Origin: a virus
DNA length: 64,000 nt
Reading direction: 5' to 3' (one strand)
IMG/VR virus record: IMGVR_UViG_3300042330_000433
Coordinates: 1-64,000 of that record
The notes under the pieces were generated by a model. That model was not told where the DNA came from and did not search any database. It worked only from the letters and a program-made list of their open reading frames with translations. Below, piece after piece: positions 38,303 through 48,500 of the stretch. Position 1 is the first letter of the stretch, and every line of letters starts with the position of its first letter. Position numbers and translations under genes: made by a program.

Positions 38303-41300
38303 ATGGAAGATGAAGAATTAAATAGTTATGATAAGAATTTTTTAGATTCTTTAGATGCTGGATATAAAAAATTTAATACTCCTAAAAATAAAAAATTAGC
38401 AACTAGAAATGCTTTTGATTCAGAAATACATCGTGTTAATTTTGATAGTTCTAATCAAGATGAATTAAGAGAAGGAATTAATCCTTTTCTTAATCAATTT
38501 GTAGATTTAAATGCTGAAGATCCATACAATGAAATAAGAGCTTCTAATCAATCAGGTGGTGAGCAATTAATGAAAGGTTTTGGTAGAGCTACTTCTAAAG
38601 CATTAACTGAAGTAGCTAAATTACCAGGGGTTGTAGCAGGTTCACTTGCAGCTCCATTTGTGGAAGATGGTAAAGGAATGGATATGGCATTTAATAATGC
38701 TTGGATAAGATCTTTGGATGAAATACATGAAAAAATAAATACTGATTTATTACCTGTGTATACTGCAAAAGCAGTTTCAGAAGGTAATTTATGGGATAAT
38801 ATATCTTCTACTTCATTTTGGGCAACTGATGGAGCTGATGGTATTGGTTTCGTTGCTGCAATGTTTGTTCCTGGAGCAATATTTCAATATGCAGGTTTAG
38901 GTGGTAAATTAATTAACACCTTAGCTAATTCTTCTAAATTAGCTAAATATACATCAATGGTTGGTAAAGCTGAAGATGCTGTAAACACTTTAAAGTTTAT
39001 GGGTGTTAGTGGTAGAAATATTGATAGTGGTATGGCTATCTTTGGAAATACTATATTTGAAGCAGGTGCTGAAGCAAAAGGTGTGGGTGATGATTTAGAT
39101 TCTAAAAAAGAAGATTTTTTAAATACTTATATTAATAAAGGTTATAGTCCTGAAGAAGCTGAAGAATTATTTAATGAACAAAGAGCTCTTGCAATGAAAG
39201 ATACTTTTATAGCAAATGTTGGAATATTACTTGGACCAAATGCTATAATGCATAAAGCTATTTGGGGCAAAGCTGCTCAAAAATATGAAAAAACTACAGA
39301 ACAAGGTATAAAAAGTATTGCAGAAAGAACAGGAACTAGTCTTGGTAGAGTAGGTGGTGCGTTTGCTTCTGAAGGTTTTTGGGAAGAAGGTTCTCAAACT
39401 ACTGTTGAAAATATGTATGTTGATAAAGCAATGCGTGGTGAACTTGGTAAAAATTTTACAAGTGATGCTTCTATTGGTGATTTTACTAAAGAATATATAA
39501 ATACTATAAGTAGTACAGATGGTCAAAAAGCAATATTCTTAGGTGGAGCAATTGGTGGACCAATGATGTCATATCAAGGTAGGAAACAAGATGTAGCTAA
39601 TAGAAAAAGTACAAATTTAATTTTAGATAATATTGATAAACAAATTACTAATTTTAATACAACTTTTGATAATGATATTTATTTAAAAAATGAAGATGGT
39701 ACATTTCAATTTGAAGTTGATGAAAATAATGAACCAACTACTAAAAGAAAATTAAATTATAAAAAAGTAAGAGAAGTAGCAAAAGCTTTAAACTATACAG
39801 AACAACAATCTGAATTATTAGATTTAGCAATTGAATCAGGTAATATAGATGTAGTTGAACAAATAAAACAAGATGCTATTTTTAATTTAATTATACCTGC
39901 AATATTTAATGGTGAAGCAGGATTAACTGCTTTAGAACAAAAACTTACTGCAGATAGTAAATTTAATGAACTAGTTGAAAGAGATAATATTTCAGATGAA
40001 AAGAATAAAACAAAAACTTTTGTTAAAGAAACTTTAGAAACTGCAAAATATCTTCAAAAACAAAATGAAAAATTTACAGATTTTAGTAAAGATGTAATTC
40101 AATTAGAAAATGAAAAAGCAACTTTTGAACAAAAAACTGATTTTTTAAATAAATTAAATACAAGTTATTTAAATACAAAACATGTTTTAAGACAACTTGA
40201 AAAAAACTTAAAAACTGAAGAAACTAAAAGAAGTAATATTTTAGAAGAACTTGGTTTAGAAACTAATTTACAAACTGAAGATGAATTATTAGTTAATGCT
40301 GAAACAAATAATGAATTACTAAAACAAACTAATGATAAAATTAGAGAAATAGAATCTAACATAAAAGATAATAAAAAATCTATTTCTGAAATTTGGCAAA
40401 GTAAATTAATTAATAAAAGTTTTAATGATTATATAAAAGCAGATGAAGCTGAAACTAAAGAAGCATCTGAAGAAAAAGTTTTAGAAGCTCAAGAAGTTTT
40501 AGATACAATTAAATCATTTGAAGATGAAGAAGATTTAAAAAATTACTTTTCTAAATTACCTCAAATTCAAAAAGATAATCATATTATTAGTGAAGAAGTT
40601 CAAGAACAATTTAGAAAAATTAAAGAAGCTCAAGCTTTACAAAAACAAATTAATGAAGTTGAAGCTTTAGATAAAGATAAAGAAAAGTTTGAAAAAGATT
40701 CATTTATACCAACTGATACAACACCTGAAACTAAAGAATCTATAGTAGAAACAACAGTACAAGGTTTAGAAACATTACAAACTTCTGATAATCCAGAAGT
40801 TGATAAGTCTGATAATATTATAGATAAAAGTGCAAATGGTATTCAGTCAGTAAATGAAGCTACTAATCCAACAAATGTTGCTAAAAATCAAGGTGCTGCT
40901 AGAATTATAAGTACAAATCTTACTACTGGTAAAGCATTATTTCCTAATTTAGAAAGTTTTGTAACTTATGAAAAAGAACCTAGAGATAAAACTAAAGATA
41001 GAGTAACTTTTGATGTAGGTGATATTAATCCTAAAAATGAATCTTTTACTGCAAATGAAATTTTTAAAAGAATTAAAAATGGTGAAATTTTAACTAAAGA
41101 TGAAATTGAATATGCTGCTAAGTATTTACCAATTAGTGTTACTTTATCTAATAAAGGTAATTCAGCAACATCATTTATTGATTCTATGTCAAGTCAATCA
41201 CCAAAAATTGTAGAAATAGAAACGTTACCACTTCGTAGAAGTATTATAAATGCTTTAATTGAAAACAAAGGTTCTTTTGATGGTATTATAGGTAAAGTTA

Positions 41301-42529
41301 ATAAACAATTCACAGGAGCTCTTAAATTAGGTGAACAAAATTCTAATATATTAGAGTTAGATGTATTTAAAAATATGTCTGAAGAAGATAAAATTAAATA
41401 TTTTAAAAAAAATACCGTATATGTTACTAATAAAGGAGAAGTTAAATATACTTCTAATAATGTAACTGATAATACTAAAGTTTTATCAAGTAGTAATAAA
41501 GGTGAAGTGTTTCTTAAAATACCAATGGTTAATGGTGAAATATTTTATTTAAAATTAAATACTAGTAGATTAAGTGATGAAAAAGCTGAATCTGTATTAG
41601 ATTTAATTATACTACGTTCTAATATATTAAATAAACAACAAGAATTTAATATAGATGAATTAGAAAAATATATTACAGATAACTTACCAAGTTTATTAAC
41701 TGAATTTAATTTTGTTAAAAATAATAATGATAGCATTGATGTTACTTTAGAAAAAGTAATTAATTTTGTAGTGTTTTCTCAAAATACAAATGCTAAAACT
41801 AAATTAATTTTAGGTAATGACGGTAAATTAGTATTAGGAGAATTATTACATAAAGTTAATTCACAAATTCCAGAATGGAGTGGTCAATTAGAAAGTTATA
41901 CTTATACTACCGATAGTTTAAATAATTTAGACAGTAATCAAAAACAAGCAATTGTAGAGTATCTTAAATATAAAAGACATAATGTTTTAATTACTAAAGA
42001 TAGCTCTGCTACATTTAATAATGATGATTATATTAAATATTTATTAGGTATTAATTCAGATTATGCTGTATTAACAACTAATGCTGTAGTGAATGAACCA
42101 ACATTTCAAGGTTATTCTAATATATATTTAGATCAAACTGTTGTAAATAAAAAAGCTAAAAAACAAGTTGTAGCTGAAGAAACTAAAGAAGTTAAACTGG
42201 ATACTACTGAAGATTTATTAGGTTCATTAGAAGGTATGTTTGGTGATGATGTTGTTCAAACAGTTAAACCAATAGCACCACCAGAAGTTGTTGCTCAACA
42301 AGAATTAGATTTTGAAACTAAAAAAATTAAATCTAATAAACTAAATGATATATTTAAAAATGCAGATGCTAAAACTAAAGCTAAAATAGTTGCTGTAATA
42401 GCTAAACAATTAGGAATGATGGATAAAGTTAATCCTAAAGATATGAATAGTAGTTTTAATGAATTATTTAAAGAACTTAAAGATAACGAAACTTTACAAC
42501 AAGAAATTAAAAAAATATGTGGATTATAA
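38303..42529 (+). CDS. giant internal virion (ejection) protein
   Basis: 1408 aa; Gly-rich hydrophobic N-terminal region with EGFWEEGSQ, long coiled coil. Confidence 0.7.
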   Translation: MEDEELNSYDKNFLDSLDAGYKKFNTPKNKKLATRNAFDSEIHRVNFDSSNQDELREGINPFLNQFVDLNAEDPYNEIRASNQSGGEQLMKGFGRATSKALTEVAKLPGVVAGSLAAPFVEDGKGMDMAFNNAWIRSLDEIHEKINTDLLPVYTAKAVSEGNLWDNISSTSFWATDGADGIGFVAAMFVPGAIFQYAGLGGKLINTLANSSKLAKYTSMVGKAEDAVNTLKFMGVSGRNIDSGMAIFGNTIFEAGAEAKGVGDDLDSKKEDFLNTYINKGYSPEEAEELFNEQRALAMKDTFIANVGILLGPNAIMHKAIWGKAAQKYEKTTEQGIKSIAERTGTSLGRVGGAFASEGFWEEGSQTTVENMYVDKAMRGELGKNFTSDASIGDFTKEYINTISSTDGQKAIFLGGAIGGPMMSYQGRKQDVANRKSTNLILDNIDKQITNFNTTFDNDIYLKNEDGTFQFEVDENNEPTTKRKLNYKKVREVAKALNYTEQQSELLDLAIESGNIDVVEQIKQDAIFNLIIPAIFNGEAGLTALEQKLTADSKFNELVERDNISDEKNKTKTFVKETLETAKYLQKQNEKFTDFSKDVIQLENEKATFEQKTDFLNKLNTSYLNTKHVLRQLEKNLKTEETKRSNILEELGLETNLQTEDELLVNAETNNELLKQTNDKIREIESNIKDNKKSISEIWQSKLINKSFNDYIKADEAETKEASEEKVLEAQEVLDTIKSFEDEEDLKNYFSKLPQIQKDNHIISEEVQEQFRKIKEAQALQKQINEVEALDKDKEKFEKDSFIPTDTTPETKESIVETTVQGLETLQTSDNPEVDKSDNIIDKSANGIQSVNEATNPTNVAKNQGAARIISTNLTTGKALFPNLESFVTYEKEPRDKTKDRVTFDVGDINPKNESFTANEIFKRIKNGEILTKDEIEYAAKYLPISVTLSNKGNSATSFIDSMSSQSPKIVEIETLPLRRSIINALIENKGSFDGIIGKVNKQFTGALKLGEQNSNILELDVFKNMSEEDKIKYFKKNTVYVTNKGEVKYTSNNVTDNTKVLSSSNKGEVFLKIPMVNGEIFYLKLNTSRLSDEKAESVLDLIILRSNILNKQQEFNIDELEKYITDNLPSLLTEFNFVKNNNDSIDVTLEKVINFVVFSQNTNAKTKLILGNDGKLVLGELLHKVNSQIPEWSGQLESYTYTTDSLNNLDSNQKQAIVEYLKYKRHNVLITKDSSATFNNDDYIKYLLGINSDYAVLTTNAVVNEPTFQGYSNIYLDQTVVNKKAKKQVVAEETKEVKLDTTEDLLGSLEGMFGDDVVQTVKPIAPPEVVAQQELDFETKKIKSNKLNDIFKNADAKTKAKIVAVIAKQLGMMDKVNPKDMNSSFNELFKELKDNETLQQEIKKICGL

Positions 42530-42561
42530 TTTGGTTATATCAAATTAATTTCGTATATTTG
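42530..42561 (+). promoter_or_regulatory. Bacteroidetes sigma promoter (vRNAP gene)
   Basis: TTTG(42530)-N20-TATATTTG(42554). Confidence 0.8.
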
Positions 42562-42576
42562 TATAAATTATAAAAT

Positions 42577-45500
42577 ATGGCATGTACAAGAGTATCAATT
42601 ACAGGTAAATCCGAATCAATATTATTTGATACAATCTATAATAATTTAGCAAATCAAAATGAACAGCTTGCTGATGAAATGTTTAGTCATTTTAAAAGTG
42701 AGCTTTTTAAAAAAGATTTTGGTAATTTTATTGAAGATTATAATAATAATATTATATCTGATAGAACAGACGAAAATGGTGAACCAAAACTGTTTTATAA
42801 TGAAACAGCTAAAAAATATTATTATCTAAATAAAGATAATGAAACAATATATTTTCCTTTAGTTAATAGAGGACTTCGTTCTATTTGGAATTATGACCAA
42901 ATTAATAAAATTAAATCTAGATTAGCATTAGCTTATTTTAGTAAATCTAAATTAGATTTTAATAATATTAATTTTGATAAAGCTTCACCATTACCTAAAT
43001 TAAAAGATTTTATTCTTAAAGAAATTCAAGATAAAATTAATTCTTTAGAAGAAGAAGGTGAATACTTTTCAGCAATGTCATTAGAAGAGTCTTTAAATAA
43101 TTTAGATGAATTAGTTTCAAATGTAGAAAGTTTCTTTAAAGAAATGAATCTTGAAATTAAAGAAGATGAAGAAAATGGTGAATGGATAGTTGAAGAAGAA
43201 GGTAAAGATCCAGTATTTAATCAACATTCTGCTGAAAGAAATACTAAAAAAAGTGTAAGTACAAATGTGAAACTAAGATTAAGTTTACTTAAAGATAATG
43301 AAAACTTAGATCCTATTTGGAATGAACCTACTTTTCTTAACAGAGATATGGTTTATGCTGCATTACAGGGTGTTTTATGTGAAGAAATTCCACTTCCTGG
43401 TGAAGATATATTTGAATTGCATAAAAGTGCTTTAAATCGCATATTAGCAAAGAAACCATTTCTTAAAGAATTACATAGTTATTTAAATAGTCCTGACATT
43501 ACTGAAAATCAAAAAAGTGAATTTAGTCAAGCTTTTAATTTAATTAAAAATAATCATATTGTTAGTCAGTATATTACTGATAAAAATAATGTAGTTACAC
43601 ATAAAAATTTACAAATTTCAGATACAGGTTCTAAAACTACAAAAGTTAAAGAACAATGGGATGAAAATTTTCAAAATATATTTTTATCTAAAACTAATAA
43701 ATTAAAAGATGATTCTGTAAAAAGAATAATTAATGCAGGTAAAGTTATTAAATCTAATATTGATAATATTCAAGAATTTAATAAATCTATTAAAACTGGT
43801 GTTGAATCTGAATTACAACCTAAATTTACTAAATTAGTTGAAGATATAAATTTATTTTTAAAAGCATTAGGTATTGAAACTACTCAAGAAGGTTTACAAA
43901 TATATTTAGATAATTATGGTAAAGATATTTCTTTACAAGATATGACTAATAATTTACTTACATTAGCTATTCAAACAGAATATGTAGTTAAAGGACTTAG
44001 TTCTAAATATGAAAAAGAAACTAAAGATTATAGTAGCTTTTTAACATTATCTCAAACATTTAATAAATTAGCAGCTGCTGAAGCATTTATGTTAACTGAA
44101 GGTTCTGATGCAACTATATTAACAGGTGGTAAACAAAAATGGATTTATTCTTATCCATCTTATTTATCTAGTACTATTAATCAATGGAAGAGAAATCCTC
44201 AAATATTATTAGATTTATATAAATCAGGTCAATATCAATTAGGTTCTTATTATATGGGAGTTTTAACAGCTTCTACTGATGTTAATGGTAATAAACTAGG
44301 ATATAATTCAAATGCTGAACAAATTGAAGCATCTCGTAAATTACTTGATAAAATTGATTTAGGTATCATGAATCAAATGAGTACTGAAACTGATTTTAAA
44401 AAGACTACTGATTTATCATATAAAGATTATCTTACAGATTATATTAATAAAGTAATTATTGGAGAATTTTCAAGAACGACTACACCTGCTGATAAAACTA
44501 CAGATTTACAGATTAAATTTAATTTACCTGTATCTTCTTATAATGGAATAGTAGATGGTCAGTTACAATTAAAAAAACAAACTAAAGATATATTCTTTAA
44601 TTATTTTGCATCTGAATATCATAGAATGTTAGAAGCAAGTAATGAAGTTGATAATGCTAATAATGGAGTAAGTAATGATAAATTAACACCTCATTATCAT
44701 TATCAGTATCAAGTTAAAAATTCTAAAGGTGAATCAATAGTTAATCCAAATCCTTATGATAAATCAGGTAATGCTTTTAAATCTCAATACTTTGAAAATT
44801 TATCACCTAATTCTAAAAATCAAACTGAATTAGAAAAACAATTAACTGATCGTTTATATACAGGTAGTAAATTTAATTATAGTTTGTTAGAAAGAGGATT
44901 AGATCCTGAATTAGATCAATTATTTGATTCATATCTTCAAGAAAACTTTCATAAAAGATTTACTGAAACTTTAAATTATTTACAAAGTTCTGATATTTTT
45001 ATTAGAAATGCTAAAGGATTTATTGTTCCTAATAAAATAGATAAAAATACATTAGATACTCAATATAAAAACATATCTGAATTACAAAAAGCTTATGCTA
45101 TTACTTCAGATTTTATGGTTAATGGATTAATTAACAATATTGAATTTTCTAAAATGTTTAGTGGTGATGTTGCTTACTATAAAAATATGGTAGATTATAA
45201 AAAACGTGTACCTGCAACATATACTGATGGATTACAATTAAGAATAAATAAAGATAATGAAACATTTAAAATTGCTACAATTGAAAGTGTTAATCGTAAA
45301 TCACCATTTTATGATTTATTAGTTGAATCTTTAGGTAAAAATGAAGCTAAACCATATGAATCTATAAATAGTGCTGATGCACAAGCTTGGATTACTCCTG
45401 CAAGATGGAAATTTTTAATTAAAGCTTTAGGTAAATGGACTACAGGTGCAGACAGTCATGAATCTGTATATCATAAAATGATGGATACTAGTGGTAAAAA

Positions 45501-48500
45501 TTTAATTTATACTCAAAAAGAACTTAAATTAGCTGCTCAACCATTAAAAGGTGTATATTTTTATAGAGATGCTTCTGGTAAACCTGTTTATTTAAAATAT
45601 TCGCAAGCTGTTTTATCACAAGCATTAGTTAAAAATTCTGATTTAGAAAAGTTATTCAATAAAATGAATGCTGATAAAATTGATGAAGTTATTACATTTG
45701 ATGGTGTAAAAGTAGGATCTATTGAACCAACTAAAATACATGATGATAATGGAAATATTAAAGATGAATTTGAGTTAAATAGTCAAACTTTATTTAATAG
45801 AGGGTGGAAACTTCAACAAGATTTACCAACTAAAACATTTAAAGATTTAGATGTTGGTTCACAAATTCAGAAAAATATATTTGCAGGTTTATTACATAAT
45901 AAAACTCTTGAAGGATTTGAATTAGATGGTAATCTATATAATGGTCAACAAATTATTACTGAAATAGTAAAAGCTGTCACAGGTTTAACTAATGAAGGTT
46001 TGAATTCACTTAAAAAAGAATTTAAAATTGATGATAATTTTAAAATTGGTAATATATCAGGTTTTTATAAATCATTAATTGCTGAATTAGTTAAAAGAGG
46101 TGGTTCTGAGAATGTAGTAACTGCTTTAAATGCAGAAACAACTATTGTAGGTATTCCACAATCAGCAGGTAAATTATTTAATATATTTGCTTCAGTGATG
46201 AATAGCAGACTTATTAAAATTAAAACTAATGGTGGTTCATTTATTCAAATGAGTAACTTTGGTTTAAATAAAATTGAAGCTGAATCACAAGGAGTTAGAT
46301 GGTCGCCATTAGCAGATAATACTACTAATGAACCTTATATTTATGTAAATCCAGATACAAATAGACCAACTGTTAAACCAGGTGGAATATTATTGTCAGG
46401 ATCATTTTTATCAAAACATGTTCCTAATTGGAGAAAATATTCTAATGAAGAATTATTTGTTAGTTATGATGGTGGTGAACCTATTATTAATAAAAAAATA
46501 CAAGAAACTATAATTGGTTATAGAATTCCTAATCAAGGTCTTGCATCCAATGATGCATTAAGAATTGTAGGAATACTTCCAGAAGCATCTGGAGATACTG
46601 TTGTAGCTTATACAGGTATTACTACTAAAACAGGTTCAGATTTTGACGTTGATAAAATGTATGTAATGTTTCCATCTTATAGTAAAAACTCTGAAACTGA
46701 TAGATTAGAATATAATAATTATGATGAAAACAATATTACTAAAAAAGGATTACAAAATAGATTAATTGAATTATATAAATCTGTATTAACACATCTTGAA
46801 GTATATAAATCTGTAATGAAACCAATTGATATTGATTTTATACAGAATGAACTTAATGCTTTATTTCCAGGTACATCTACTATATTTATGAATCATTTTG
46901 ATCCAGAAGTAGATCTTAAATTAAGATATTCTTTTTTAGGTGGTAAAGCTGGAGTTGGTCAAGAGGCTAATGCAATGGTTGATATTAGTAGAGAAGGTAA
47001 TCTATCTTTATTAGGAGTTAAAAATATATTATGGGGTCATCACAATGAATTAAATGAATCTAAATTTGATGAAGAATTTTCAGAAGAATTATCTGAAGAA
47101 GAATTAGATTATTATGCAGCTCAAATGCTTAAACCTAATAGTTCTACAGAACGTATTAATGAATTTAAAGATGAACTACGTAAAGTAAAAATTGGTGATT
47201 CATTAACAGCTATTTTGAATGCATTTGTAGATATTGCAAAAGATCCTTATATTTCAAAAGGTAACTGGATTATGTCAACAACTAATGTTGGTAATATGTT
47301 ACTTAGATTAGGAGCACATCCATTATATGTAGTTAACTTTTTAGCAAATCCAATTATTAAACAATATGTAGATTTTCAAAAATCTAAAGAGGGTTTAACA
47401 GATGTTCAAGATAGTGGTGATACAATTGAAAAATTTAAAAAAGAAATTGTAATTAATGCACTTGATAAAGTAGAAGGTTATACAATTAGTCTTGGTAATA
47501 TATATAAAGATTACTTTAGTCAATTAAATATAGATTATAAAAAAGAAAGATTAGCTTATCAATTAGATAATAAAATTATTACATTGCAAGAATATAATAG
47601 TTCTATTGAAAGTATAGATAAAAGTTTTAAAAATGTATCTGAAGTTTTATTAAAAAAATTAAAAATTCCTGTTGAAGAATTAACAAGGGTTATTGATAAT
47701 ATGAAACAACAACATGATATAGCTTTTAATCCTAATAAATTAAATATATTTGATAGAAAAACTAATCAATGGGATAAATATAAATTAAATTTAGAATATT
47801 TTAGAAATCAAAATACTACTAAAACACCAGATATTAACTTTCAAATTAATTTACTTAATGCTTTTAAAGAATTACAAGAGTATAGTAAAAATGTAAGAGA
47901 AAATGTTGTTGTATCTAAACTAGATACTGATGGTATGGGTAAAAGTCATAATGATTTATTTGCATTATTTAATCAAAAAGAACAAATAATGACTAAAGTT
48001 AATAATGAAGTAATAGGAGCTATAAAAGGCTTTAATACTAAGTTTGAAGGTACAACATTAGAAGCTTATTATAATAGCTTAAAATGGGTTAAAAACGTAG
48101 TAGAAAACAATGCTTTGTTATTTCCTACAGGTACATCTCAAATACAATCTATATTTAATGAAGTTTCTAATGATTTATACGGTACTAATTTAGTTAACTC
48201 TGAATTAGTAACAAAGTTATCTAAAGATTATAATACATATTTGTTAAACAAAGTATTTGATATATCTATTGAAGAAAATGATGATATACTTACTAATTTA
48301 CCTAAAAGATTACATGATTTTAATGAAGAAAATAAAGGTAAGTACTTTTTATTAGATGAATTAAATATTAAAATTTCTAAATCTAAAAAATATCAATCTA
48401 GTATTGAATTAAATAATAGAAAGAAATCTACAACATATGAAACATTATTTACTAATTCATGGAAAGATTTAATGATAGATAATCCATCATTAGCTGAAGA

